This document shows positions 37,117 to 47,775 of a DNA stretch of 61,310 nucleotides, piece after piece. The stretch is from contig NZ_JBGVOG010000020.1 in the NCBI RefSeq assembly GCF_045126245.1, positions 1-61,310 of the forward strand, given 5' to 3'. Position numbers and translations under genes: made by a program. Each line of letters starts with the position of its first letter. The stretch's first letter is position 1. The notes under the pieces were generated by a model. That model worked only from the letters and a program-made list of their open reading frames with translations, did not search any database and had not been told where the DNA came from. This DNA is from Methanobrevibacter sp. GTDB taxonomy: Archaea > Methanobacteriota > Methanobacteria > Methanobacteriales > Methanobacteriaceae.

Positions 37117-37692
37117 TTAACTTTTATTAATCAGCCTGACTTTATTAGGAGATATAATAATCAAATTCTTTTCTTCAGAGCGAGCGAGCAATAATGCTTG
37201 AGCACCATATCCCTCTCTCATCTGTTTGATTTTTTGTCCTGCCAATTTAAAGTTAGCTGGACTTTCCCTTTCCAAGAAGGACAAATCTAAAATAACAGGA
37301 TTTCTCTCTTCAATTACTTGGTCAATAACATAGTTCACATCATCAATTGATTTTGGTCTAATGAGAACAATCTCATAATATGACTGTTCGGGAGTAATCA
37401 CATAATCGTCATAATCATCATAAATCGGAGTAGGTCTTGGCATTTGCTCAGAATTATGGTTGGGTTTGTATTCGGGATTAGGATTATAGTTCACTTTGGA
37501 ACTTTGAGCAGGATTATAGTTTTCAGAACCGTTTTGTTGCAGCCTTTCGCGTAAATTGGAAACCCCAACCTTCACATCATTACTCAAATCATCCAATATT
37601 TCATAAAAGCTTGTTTCACCATTTGTTTTTTTATCGCTTGAGTTAGTTTCTTCAAAACCTAAACTTCTTTTTAATGTGTCAGTAAAGCTCAT
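37117..37692 (-). CDS. sepF: Cell division protein SepF
   Basis: N-terminal amphipathic MSFTDTLKRSLGF, disordered linker, EIVLIRPKS.DD...NPVILDL...IISP core. Confidence 0.85.
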   Translation of the reverse strand: MSFTDTLKRSLGFEETNSSDKKTNGETSFYEILDDLSNDVKVGVSNLRERLQQNGSENYNPAQSSKVNYNPNPEYKPNHNSEQMPRPTPIYDDYDDYVITPEQSYYEIVLIRPKSIDDVNYVIDQVIEERNPVILDLSFLERESPANFKLAGQKIKQMREGYGAQALLLARSEEKNLIIISPNKVRLINKS

Positions 37693-37697
37693 TTAAA

Positions 37698-38750
37698 TTA
37701 CTCCTCTAAATATTTAAGAATAGCATCTAATAATTTAGCTGCCCCATTATTATAAACATCTTCAGCAGGCAATCCAAATTCTGATTCGAAAGATTCGATA
37801 GTCATGCCGTCATCAGCATTTTTAAGATTGATAGATAAACCCACAACTTTTGTAGGTTCAACAGCCTCAATAGCTTTAATTTCTTCTTTGATACCTTTTG
37901 GATCTCTGTAAGGGTGATTTGGTCTGTGTCCAACAATAACCGCATCAGGAGCAGCTCCAATTAAAATAGCCGCAGACAATCCTCTTGGGTGAGGATTTCC
38001 GTCTTCAGTTAAGCTAGATTGACCTTCAATAAAAATAATATCAGGGTTTTTTGTCTCTTCCACATATTTAATTGCGGACAATACGGCTGCCGGGACATCC
38101 ATAGCGGATAAACTTCCAGCCCTAAAATTAAAATCAGTCGGTTCTTCCAATCCCATTTCATCAGTGGAAATAATTGCAGGGGTCAAATCTCTTTCCATAC
38201 AAGCAATGCCTAGCTGTTTGGTAGTGGTTCTTTTTCCACATTCCTGGGATGTTCCTCCAACAAAGATTACTGGAGCTTTCGGAACATAAGATATTTTTGG
38301 TAAAACTTCACAGGATTTCTCAGGAGCCACACCAGCTATCCTTTCAACAACGTCCAACCTAGGGCCTATTTCCTTTATCACCACATTTTTTGAATCTGCA
38401 AATTTCTTTAAGGATAAGTTTTCACTTATTGATAAAGATCTAAATGAAGTAATTACATTCAATCCCGCATCGATAGCCTGAACTGCGTATTTCAGTGCAG
38501 ATCCTTCAGCACCAATCGGCAACATTATAACAAGAGATTTTGCTTCAGGCGCGCTTTTTAAACATTCTTCCAAGCTACCCGCAACAGTATATTTGCAAAA
38601 CTCTTTTCCTTGCTTGTTAACATTATCATCAATGAATCCTATAGCTTCAACACCTTCAAGATTGGAGAATTTTTCTCCTCCACCGCCACAACCAACTACA
38701 ATGAATGGATTTAAATCTTGAATCTCTTTAACTGATTTTATTGAATACAA
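37698..38750 (-). CDS. DUF1611 domain P-loop protein
   Basis: [34 protein letters not shown] start at about 38750-38753 after GGTGA. Confidence 0.8.
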   Translation of the reverse strand: MYSIKSVKEIQDLNPFIVVGCGGGGEKFSNLEGVEAIGFIDDNVNKQGKEFCKYTVAGSLEECLKSAPEAKSLVIMLPIGAEGSALKYAVQAIDAGLNVITSFRSLSISENLSLKKFADSKNVVIKEIGPRLDVVERIAGVAPEKSCEVLPKISYVPKAPVIFVGGTSQECGKRTTTKQLGIACMERDLTPAIISTDEMGLEEPTDFNFRAGSLSAMDVPAAVLSAIKYVEETKNPDIIFIEGQSSLTEDGNPHPRGLSAAILIGAAPDAVIVGHRPNHPYRDPKGIKEEIKAIEAVEPTKVVGLSINLKNADDGMTIESFESEFGLPAEDVYNNGAAKLLDAILKYLEE

Positions 38751-38941
38751 CAATTTCACCCCTATAACTTATAATTTATAATTATCCCGTAATTTTATTA
38801 TCCTACTATTTTTGAAAAAATCATAAAAATAATATTATACTATTAGATATAATTTTTCATATTAATAAATGTAAATGTTTAAAGTGTAATAATTATTAAA
38901 TATAATATTGATAATAAAAAAATTAAAAGGAGAAATAAAGC

Positions 38942-39886
38942 ATGAGAAAACCCTATGTTATTTTGATTGGAAGTGCATCAGGAATTGGAAAATCAACAAT
39001 AGCTGCGGAACTGGCCAAACAACTTAATATAAAACATTTGATTGAAAGTGATTTTATTAGGGCTGTTGTGCGCGGTATAATAGGTAAGGAATATGCTCCA
39101 GCACTCCATAGCTCATCATATGATGCCTATAAACATCTAAGAAACAAGAATCGTTATGAAGACTACAATGATTTGGTTTCCGCAGGGTTTGATGAACATG
39201 CCTCCTATGTGATTCCTGCTTTGGAAAAGATTATTCAAAGAGCAATAACCGACTATGACGACATAGTCATTGAGGGAGTTCACTTAGTTCCAGGACTAAT
39301 TGACATTGACCAGTTCAAGGAATATGCAAACATATACTTCTTCGTTTTAAGTTCAGATGAGGAATCCCACAAAGAGAGATTCGTTAAAAGAGCCATTCAA
39401 ATTCAAAGAGGTGGAAAACAGCTTGATTACTTTAAAGAAAACAGGATTATCCACGACCACCTGTTAAAGCAGGCGGAAAAGAATGATGTTGATATAATAA
39501 AAACTGAAACCATTGAAAAGACATTGGATAAGATTTTATCAATCATCAATAAAGCTTGCACCACAATAAAGCTAACAAATAACGTTGAAGAACTTGAAGA
39601 TGTGATAAACATCATCATCAAAGAAAATAACGGTTCTCTTGAAAAAGTGACATATAACATTCCTGGCTTCAAAGAACCGCTGGTCAGAAACATCAATGTT
39701 TCAGACGTGTACTCCGCTGAAAAGTTTATAAAAAATATTAATGAAAATAAAGACAAAAAAGAATACTTGAATAAACTCTATGACTTATCTGACTACAGAA
39801 ATACATCCATATGTGCTTCAAACCAGGAAAAGTTGGATAAAATTATAACAGAATTAGAAGATAAAGGATATGTTTTAAATGAATGA
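38942..39886 (+). CDS. 2-phosphoglycerate kinase-related P-loop protein with C-terminal 3H-like domain
   Basis: GSASGIGKST, SDFIRAVVR, LHSSSYDAY, IEGVHLVPG. Confidence 0.8.
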   Translation: MRKPYVILIGSASGIGKSTIAAELAKQLNIKHLIESDFIRAVVRGIIGKEYAPALHSSSYDAYKHLRNKNRYEDYNDLVSAGFDEHASYVIPALEKIIQRAITDYDDIVIEGVHLVPGLIDIDQFKEYANIYFFVLSSDEESHKERFVKRAIQIQRGGKQLDYFKENRIIHDHLLKQAEKNDVDIIKTETIEKTLDKILSIINKACTTIKLTNNVEELEDVINIIIKENNGSLEKVTYNIPGFKEPLVRNINVSDVYSAEKFIKNINENKDKKEYLNKLYDLSDYRNTSICASNQEKLDKIITELEDKGYVLNE

Positions 39887-40460
39887 TGATACTCTTACTG
39901 AAATGATTATTAAATGTCCCGCATGCGGAATTGAAGGTGTTGCCAAATCAATAATGAAGGAAATTGAGATACCTCATTTCGGAAATGTTTTAGAAACCAG
40001 CATACAATGCCCATCCTGCGGGTTTAAACACAATGACATTATAGCTCTTGAACAAAATGACCCTGCAAAATATGTTCTTGAAATAAATAGAAATAACTTA
40101 TCCATTCGCGTTGTAAGATCCCAATCCGCAACCGTTTCAATCCCTGAAGTTGGCGTTAAAGTGGAACCCGGCCCAAAGTCAGAGGGATATGTGACAAATG
40201 TAGAGGGAATATTAACCCGTTTTGAAGATGCAGTTAAAAAAGCGATGAACTTATTTGACAATGAAGAGTCACAAGCTAATGCTCAAAAGACCCTAGAACA
40301 TATTCAGGAGTTAAAAAAAGGAAACGGAACTGCAACATTAATCATTCTGGATCCATTTGGACAAAGTAATATAGTTAGTGAAAAAGCAGAAATACTGGAC
40401 ATTCCTGAAGAGGAATTGCATAAATTAAAAACTGGTTTTACTCATATTGAAGATAATTAG
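39879..40460 (+). CDS. ZPR1 zinc-finger protein
   Basis: CPACG, IPHFG, CPSCGF, RVVRSQSA, EPGP.SEGYVTNVEG, DPFGQS. Confidence 0.92.
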   Translation: MNDDTLTEMIIKCPACGIEGVAKSIMKEIEIPHFGNVLETSIQCPSCGFKHNDIIALEQNDPAKYVLEINRNNLSIRVVRSQSATVSIPEVGVKVEPGPKSEGYVTNVEGILTRFEDAVKKAMNLFDNEESQANAQKTLEHIQELKKGNGTATLIILDPFGQSNIVSEKAEILDIPEEELHKLKTGFTHIEDN

Positions 40461-40469
40461 AAAGAAGAA

Positions 40470-40901
40470 TTATTCTTCTTCCTCTTCTTCATCAAGACTT
40501 GCTGAGAAATTGGTGAAAGTATCTTCTTCAACAACGTCTTTTAATTTTAAAGTTTTTTGAACATCCATAGCCAATGCATTACAGTCAGCTTTAATAGCTT
40601 CTAAATGTAATAAAATTCTTTCTTTTTCTTGATTAATCCTTTCGATGTTAGTGTATGGGTAAGTAGATTCCTTAAGCATTTCATATTCAATTGTAGTGTA
40701 AGGATAATCGTTTAATTGTTTACATACATTTTTTAAAACATCGCCTAAAAACTTGTTCATTTCAACTTTTACTCTTTCCCTAATCATCTTGTCATCATCT
40801 AAGTTTTCTTTCATTAAACGAACAACTTCAGCCTTAGCGAAAGGTAATTTTTCTTCATCTTCTTCATCAAATTCTTCTTCAAAAATTTCATCTTCAGGCA
40901 T
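40470..40901 (-). CDS. Acidic histone-fold-like protein
   Basis: [13 protein letters not shown]...MIRERVK...[11 protein letters not shown] parallels the archaeal histone pattern LP.A...RI.K...RV...KTI..EDI; acidic tails. Confidence 0.6.
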   Translation of the reverse strand: MPEDEIFEEEFDEEDEEKLPFAKAEVVRLMKENLDDDKMIRERVKVEMNKFLGDVLKNVCKQLNDYPYTTIEYEMLKESTYPYTNIERINQEKERILLHLEAIKADCNALAMDVQKTLKLKDVVEEDTFTNFSASLDEEEEEE

Positions 40902-41168
40902 AATAACATCTCATTCGATTATTTAATAATATTGACTATATCCGCCATTTTTAATAAAAAGTCGGCAGCACATCAATATCTAAGTAAACATTTATTGAAA
41001 GTTATATATAAATGTATTGATTTAATTAGAGAATTGAAGCAGTATTCGAGTAGTTTTTAGTGTAAGATATAAAATAATCATGCGGAAAATTAATAATTTT
41101 AATACTTGTAAAATTTTGAAAAACAGTTTTAAAAAAATAAAAAATAGTAGCATTAAAGCTACTTTAAA

Positions 41169-44100
41169 TTATCTTTTCTTTGCAAAATTGCCACCCAAAA
41201 CTATTATGGAAAACAGAACAGAAATTACCAGAATTACTAACGGATTGGCTGTAATGTGATTTTCACCAATTAGAACATCCATCCTATCTTCATTAGATGA
41301 AATAGAAGTTGAATTCGGTTCATAATCCTGTTTTTTAGGATTTTTGCTAACATTGACTAAAACGTCATCCTGATTATTATCCAAATCATAATCAAATGTG
41401 TCGGCCATTGAAGAAACCGCATTTCTAACAATGCCCTCACCAGAGGCCATTGCCCTTACATATAATTCAGCGGATTCCCCATTGTCCAGATAATCAATAT
41501 CCCATTGTTGGTCCAAGTCATTATAGATTCCTTTTGTAGGTATTACTGACCTTAAAATCAATGACTCATCCGGAATTTCATTAACCCTAACATTTCTAGC
41601 AGCATCAGGTCCGGCATTAGCTATTTTGATTGAATAATCTATAGGATCACCAACTTCATAATAGTATTTTGAGACTGTCTTTGTAATTGATAAATCACAG
41701 GCGGGTGCGACGCTGATATCTTCAACATCCCTATTGTTAGTCGGGAACGGGTCATGCTCATTTCCGGATACCATAACAATATTTTCAAAATTGCCTGTAG
41801 ATATTACCCTACAAATAATATCCAATTGTTTAAATTCGTTTAAAGCCAAATTACCAACATACCAAGTACCATCCATTGCAATGTCATCACTTGACTCAAC
41901 AAATTCAACACCGCTAGGCATCATATCTTTAACACTTACATTTGTTGCATCATTTGGACCGATATTCCTCACAACGATAGTCCATTTAATCAAATCACCA
42001 TAGTTCGGATTTGAATTGTTGACTGTTTTCACAACAGACAAATCACTAACAGGATAAACATTGATTATTTCACTATCATTGTTATTGGATTCATCTCTAT
42101 CAACCTGTGAACAAATTGCAAATGCCTCATTTTGAATTTCACCTAATCTATTTACAACACAAGTGATATTAATATATGCAGTTTGTCCATTATTCAATCT
42201 GGAAATGCTCCATTTATTATCGCTGAATGTTCCAACAGTGCTTGAATAATTTTTTAATATTAAACCGTCATCCAACAAATCGGAAACCACAACATTGGTC
42301 GCACGGTCAGGACCGTTATTCTTAACAGATATCAACCAGGTGATATCCTCACCGAAGTAAGGTTTTTTATTGGATACTTGTTTAGTTACTTCCAAATCAA
42401 CTGTTGACGGAACTTTAATTGATTTGCTGTCATTGTTGTTGGATGGGTTCAAATCAACTTCATCGGAAGAAACTGATGCAAAATTGGTAATTGTACCTGT
42501 TTTATTGACTTTACAAGTAATTTCCAACATTTGATACTCGCCATTCTCCAAACAGCAGACACTCCAAATTCCATTGTCATAAATGCCCTTACTTGCATTG
42601 ACATCCATCAATATCAAACCTTTTGGCAGAATATCTTCTACAACCACAGAAGTTGCCTTATCAGGACCATCGTTCTTAGCGATTAATGTCCATTTGACGA
42701 TATCTCCATATTTCGGATTTGAATTGTTAACTGATTTGGATACGCTTACATCAGCGGTTCTTGAAACGTTTATATAATCATCATCCTTATTATTGGACAA
42801 ATCATAATCAAATCTAGTTCCGTTTACAGAAACATTGTTTTGTATGATTCCTGTAGCATTCACACGGGCAACAATATTCAATTGGACGGATTTATTTGGA
42901 TTCAGTGTACCTATATTCCATTTACCGCTAACCGGGTCATATTTTCCATTACTGTCATCACTAACCCAAATCAATGAATCCGGAAGCAAATCATATGCTA
43001 CAACCTTAGTTGCAGTATTCGGACCGTTATTGTTAACAATAATATACCAGCATACGGTGTCGCCGTAGTTAGGGTTGGTGACATTGACAGCTTTTATAAC
43101 TTCCAAATCCGCTGCAGGATTAATTAACACAGATGCATCATCCACATTGTTGGATTCATTATAATCATAATGTTTTCCAGTGATATTGGCAGTATTTACG
43201 ATTAAGCCTGTCTTATTAACCTTACAAATGATTTCATAAGTTAAATTTTCACCAATCTCCATGTTACCCACTGTAATAACACCATTGGAGTATGTTCCTC
43301 TAGGCAAAACTGAACTGATGTAAATTAGACCGTCAGGCAATGCATCATATACTTTAACTGCTGTTGCCTTATTAGGACCATTGTTTGAAATAACTATCTT
43401 CCAGGTTATTTCATCACCAAAGTCGGCGGATGAAACGTTGATTGACTTTTCAATGGACAGATCAGTTGATGCATTGACTCTGATTGTACTGGAATCCCTG
43501 TTATTTGATTCGTTCCTGTCAATTTCACGACCACTGACAACAACATTATTTTGAATAGTGCCTATTCCATTTACTTTACAAATGATTTCTAATTTAACTT
43601 CCTTATTGACTCCAAGAGTTCCAATATTCCATTCTCCTGTATTGTTATTATAGTTACCAGTACTGTTAATGTAAATCAAAGACCTATGAAGAATATCCTT
43701 CACCACAACATCATGTGCAGTATCAGGACCATTATTTCTAACGACTATTGTCCATTTGATTAAATCAGCATAGTTTGGATTTGAATTATTAACAGACTTT
43801 ACAACCTCCAAATCACAGGTTTTTGGAATTGTAATTGATGCTTCATCGTGATTATTGGTTAGATTTACATCATATTCATTAGAAGTGACATTTGCTTCAT
43901 TAACTATTTCCCCGGTTTTATTAACCCTAGCATAGATGTTAACAATTATTGTTTGATTGACATCAACATCACCGATATATAAAATACCTGTCTGAGGATC
44001 ATATGCATTATTGCTGTCATCATCAATATAAATCAATCCGCTTGGAAGAACGTCAAAGACTGTAACGTTTGTTGCTTTATTAGGACCATTGTTTGTAATG

Positions 44101-46127
44101 TTCAATGTCCAAACGACAATATCATCAAAGTTATAAGACTCAGAAGTGGATAGCTTTCTAATTTGGCTATCGATTTTTGGAATAACATTGAATGCTGTTG
44201 TATTAGTGATAGCCTTATAGTAAGTATCCTCGTAATGCCTAGCAGTCACATAATACTTTCCAGGCTGCAAGTCATTTAACTCATCTGAAACTTCACCAAG
44301 ATAGTTGGAATTTAATGTTTTATTATAAATCAATGTGCCGTCGTCTTTTTCAACTGTGAGTAAAATCCTCATGTTATACTCACGGTCATCCTGATACAGT
44401 CTGCCGTTATTTGTAGCCCCATCCAGAGGGGATTCCCCGTCAATGGACAAATGAGAATACTCGGCAGCATTATAAATTGCATTTGAAACGGCAAGATTAT
44501 TATATCTTGCAATGTTGTTTCCGCCATGGATTACCGCCATCAATTCTTCTGTTTGACCATAATAAACATCATTTGCATAAATTGGCAATAAATAAACCCA
44601 AGCCTGATTTTCAAACAGAGTATTATTTTTTAAAACCAATTCATTGCCGTATTTATCATAATATATCGCACTGCCATTTCTGGCAGTATTGAAATAGAAA
44701 TCTGAATTAAATACATTAGCTTCAGTACTGTTTATATAAATTGCGCCTCCCAATCCATCATTCAACTTATTATAATCCGGACGGGCCTCATTGGATATGA
44801 ATGAAGATTTGTTTATAAGAGTATTTTTACCCTTTATGTATATCGCACCACCATCCACATCAGCGATATTATAATCAAAGTCTGAACCGGAAATCTTAAC
44901 ATTTTCAGCTTCAATATTTAAAGCTCCGCCATAAACGTCTGCATGATTGTCAGTGAAATTAGAATCGACAATGTCAATATTTAAACCAGCTACTTGAATG
45001 GCACCTCCTTTAGGAGCATCATTACCCTCAAAATAACAATTATTTATTTCCAAGTCCATGACATCATATAGCAATCCTGTAGAAACCGCACCGCCATATA
45101 ACTTAATGGCGGAATTATTTATTAAAGTACAATTTTCAAGTTTTCCGGATGCATGAAATGTTAATGCTCCCCCTTGATCGGCCGAATTGTTAATGAATAT
45201 GCAATTGGCGTAATTTACGCCATTACGAACACAACCTGCGCCCCCATGAGAATAACCGTTAACACTAATCGCATGGTTATTGATGAAAGTACAGTTATTC
45301 ACCAATGCACTATAATTCTCTACATCCAAACCAATTTGTATTGCACCTCCATATACTGATCCGCTGCCTTTAATCCAATTTGAATCAAAAATAGAATTTA
45401 TTATCCTTGAATTCAAACCATAAGCTCCAACAGCTCCTCCCGTAGAGAAGTTTTCAAAGTTTTTGAAATATCCCGAATTATTCCTAAATTCACAATTTCG
45501 AATAGTGAGATTCTCAGCCGCATACAAATCATATTTGGTGGACAATACACCTCCATGATTACAATGGTTATTTTCAAATACACAATTGTCAACAACGACA
45601 TTCTTTGCATTTATAAACAACGCCGATCCAACATCCCCTTCAGCATTGGAAAACCTTAAATTAGAAATGACCGTTCCTGAAGCATTACCCCTAATATAAA
45701 AAATGCTTGATATGCCTCCGCCATTTAAACTAGCGGAAGATGTGGATGTTATTGTTAACGTTTTATCAATGTTCACTGTTGATTCATTTCCGTTTGCAAC
45801 GTACTCACCGACCAGATAGATATTATCTCCAGCCCGCGCAATATTAATGGCATTTTGAATATCTTCGAATGTTCCCTGTTCAACATAATAATCAGTAGCC
45901 AGAACATTTTCACTACTTCTATCTACCTCCAAAATTTCATTAACTTGAGAATTTCCTAGTTTATCTTCAATATCAAACTCCATTGCAATTCCACTGCTTT
46001 TTTCATTTAAATCTACGGCATAGGAATCTTCAATAGATAATCCAATAGCCGCAAAAATTAAACAGACAAATAGCAATGGAATAATGAAATTTTTGCTAAT
46101 AGCTATTTTTTGAGTTTTATTTAACAT
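41169..46127 (-). CDS. Adhesin-like protein: beta-helix (GGA repeats), 8 DUF11 repeats, C-terminal TM anchor
   Basis: Signal peptide; repeated N.A..GGAI; eight N.GP motifs (NNGPNKAT, NNGPDTAH, NNGPNKAT, NNGPNTAT, NDGPDKAT, NNGPDRAT, NIGPNDAT, NAGPDAAR); TANPLVIL...KKR tail. Confidence 0.92.
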   Translation of the reverse strand: MLNKTQKIAISKNFIIPLLFVCLIFAAIGLSIEDSYAVDLNEKSSGIAMEFDIEDKLGNSQVNEILEVDRSSENVLATDYYVEQGTFEDIQNAINIARAGDNIYLVGEYVANGNESTVNIDKTLTITSTSSASLNGGGISSIFYIRGNASGTVISNLRFSNAEGDVGSALFINAKNVVVDNCVFENNHCNHGGVLSTKYDLYAAENLTIRNCEFRNNSGYFKNFENFSTGGAVGAYGLNSRIINSIFDSNWIKGSGSVYGGAIQIGLDVENYSALVNNCTFINNHAISVNGYSHGGAGCVRNGVNYANCIFINNSADQGGALTFHASGKLENCTLINNSAIKLYGGAVSTGLLYDVMDLEINNCYFEGNDAPKGGAIQVAGLNIDIVDSNFTDNHADVYGGALNIEAENVKISGSDFDYNIADVDGGAIYIKGKNTLINKSSFISNEARPDYNKLNDGLGGAIYINSTEANVFNSDFYFNTARNGSAIYYDKYGNELVLKNNTLFENQAWVYLLPIYANDVYYGQTEELMAVIHGGNNIARYNNLAVSNAIYNAAEYSHLSIDGESPLDGATNNGRLYQDDREYNMRILLTVEKDDGTLIYNKTLNSNYLGEVSDELNDLQPGKYYVTARHYEDTYYKAITNTTAFNVIPKIDSQIRKLSTSESYNFDDIVVWTLNITNNGPNKATNVTVFDVLPSGLIYIDDDSNNAYDPQTGILYIGDVDVNQTIIVNIYARVNKTGEIVNEANVTSNEYDVNLTNNHDEASITIPKTCDLEVVKSVNNSNPNYADLIKWTIVVRNNGPDTAHDVVVKDILHRSLIYINSTGNYNNNTGEWNIGTLGVNKEVKLEIICKVNGIGTIQNNVVVSGREIDRNESNNRDSSTIRVNASTDLSIEKSINVSSADFGDEITWKIVISNNGPNKATAVKVYDALPDGLIYISSVLPRGTYSNGVITVGNMEIGENLTYEIICKVNKTGLIVNTANITGKHYDYNESNNVDDASVLINPAADLEVIKAVNVTNPNYGDTVCWYIIVNNNGPNTATKVVAYDLLPDSLIWVSDDSNGKYDPVSGKWNIGTLNPNKSVQLNIVARVNATGIIQNNVSVNGTRFDYDLSNNKDDDYINVSRTADVSVSKSVNNSNPKYGDIVKWTLIAKNDGPDKATSVVVEDILPKGLILMDVNASKGIYDNGIWSVCCLENGEYQMLEITCKVNKTGTITNFASVSSDEVDLNPSNNNDSKSIKVPSTVDLEVTKQVSNKKPYFGEDITWLISVKNNGPDRATNVVVSDLLDDGLILKNYSSTVGTFSDNKWSISRLNNGQTAYINITCVVNRLGEIQNEAFAICSQVDRDESNNNDSEIINVYPVSDLSVVKTVNNSNPNYGDLIKWTIVVRNIGPNDATNVSVKDMMPSGVEFVESSDDIAMDGTWYVGNLALNEFKQLDIICRVISTGNFENIVMVSGNEHDPFPTNNRDVEDISVAPACDLSITKTVSKYYYEVGDPIDYSIKIANAGPDAARNVRVNEIPDESLILRSVIPTKGIYNDLDQQWDIDYLDNGESAELYVRAMASGEGIVRNAVSSMADTFDYDLDNNQDDVLVNVSKNPKKQDYEPNSTSISSNEDRMDVLIGENHITANPLVILVISVLFSIIVLGGNFAKKR

Positions 46128-46438
46128 TTAATCACCTTTTGAGGACGATTATAACCACTATTAATTAACAAAAGCTATCAAACAGCAATTAAACTTTTTA
46201 CTTTAGTTAAAACTTTAAAAAGAATAAAATATTATTATAAAATTTAAAAAACTGCTCCGAAATCATTGGAAACACTATTTTTTAGCCATCCAACACATAA
46301 TATCTTTATTAATAATGCACAGATTTTAGAACCGCTCCAATTTCACAACATAAAATAAACTTTTTTAAATTCTTGCTAAATTTAACTTAAAATAAAAGAT
46401 AACCTCTTTAAATCCTCAAAATGAGTATTAAACCCTAA

Positions 46439-46448
46439 TTTATATAAA
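46439..46448. promoter_or_regulatory. Palindromic TATA box between divergent surface-protein genes
   Basis: TTTATATAAA reads as an archaeal TATA consensus on both strands. Confidence 0.45.
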
Positions 46449-46586
46449 TCTTTGCTAATTAATGACTAAAAATTATTATTTTCTAAAAATATTCTATTTT
46501 AAAATAAAATTAATTATTTAACATGAATAAAATATTTTAGTCATAAAAACCAAAAATAAAATACAATAAAAGTTAAGGTAAGAGCT

Positions 46587-47720
46587 ATGAAAAAACAAAT
46601 TGCAATACTGATAATGGCATTATTAATAATTGCACCAGTTATTCAGGATGTATCTGCAACTAAAACTGTTTTTATTACAACAGACAATATTGTAGACCAT
46701 GATTTTGATGTAAATTTATTAAATTCCATTAAAAAATACATACAGGAGATTAGCGGAGGGGAACTTCAAGTCATTATTGATAATCAGGCCCCCGCTCCGG
46801 GAGAAGGTTCAAGATCAATGCAAGTAACAAGTGACGTAAGTATAAATTTGGCGGCGGCAGATGCTGGAAACTTCATATTATTAGGTAATTATAGTGTAAA
46901 TAAAGACAAACAGATTATTTTTGTTAACATTGGAGATTATGATTTAGACAATTATTCTAATTATCTTAGAAGGGCATGGGATGACAACTATTCAAATGAA
47001 AGTTTAGCAGGTTTACGCGCTCCAGGAACATTCCTGAAAAATTCAGGAATATACTACATTCAACCTGCAAAGGAATACCCCGACAATTACCATGATGGTA
47101 TTTTAAGCCGCTACGATGATGAAATGTGTAAAAATATTGCTCAGGAAATTGTTGATATAATCAATACCCATGGAAATGATACAAGGGTATATAATGATGA
47201 GTTGGTTGTGAAAAATCACATTTCACCGGAGGGAATGGCAAATGCAAGTAAAGCTCTAGTAAATGACAATGATACTGAATTTAAAGGAAAATATGGGGCT
47301 TACAGTGGTCCCCAATTGTTATACCAAACAAGTGCCTATCTAAATGGTGATGGAATCGATATTCCAAAGAAATATGGCGAACCTGAAGACCCTATGGGCA
47401 TTTCATTTATGGTAAGAGATTCCTATTCAATATACGATTATTTCAAAATGGGCGGAATAGTTAAGGAGTACATGGATGAAAATGGGCGTGCTCCTGATTC
47501 AATTGAATATGAAGGAGCCCATATCGGATATTATGATTTATTATACAATTTTGCAAAAATAACTCAAAATCATACCGATGCCAAACATATGGACTTTGAA
47601 AACGAGTATCACTTTGATAAAGTAAACGATTCAGTATTACTGCATGTGTTCCCATTTGTTTTAATAGCATTCGTATTATTTGTTGCATATTGGGGATATA
47701 AGAAGATAAGGAGATTTTAA
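46587..47720 (+). CDS. Cell-surface protein with pseudomurein-binding repeat
   Basis: Signal peptide, LRRAWDDNYS, PMBR-like IVKEYMDENGRAPDSI...YYDLLYNFAKI, C-terminal TM plus basic tail. Confidence 0.8.
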   Translation: MKKQIAILIMALLIIAPVIQDVSATKTVFITTDNIVDHDFDVNLLNSIKKYIQEISGGELQVIIDNQAPAPGEGSRSMQVTSDVSINLAAADAGNFILLGNYSVNKDKQIIFVNIGDYDLDNYSNYLRRAWDDNYSNESLAGLRAPGTFLKNSGIYYIQPAKEYPDNYHDGILSRYDDEMCKNIAQEIVDIINTHGNDTRVYNDELVVKNHISPEGMANASKALVNDNDTEFKGKYGAYSGPQLLYQTSAYLNGDGIDIPKKYGEPEDPMGISFMVRDSYSIYDYFKMGGIVKEYMDENGRAPDSIEYEGAHIGYYDLLYNFAKITQNHTDAKHMDFENEYHFDKVNDSVLLHVFPFVLIAFVLFVAYWGYKKIRRF

Positions 47721-47775
47721 GTATTACAAATAACAAGTATTGTTTATTGAATGAATAGATATGGAAGGGAAATTT

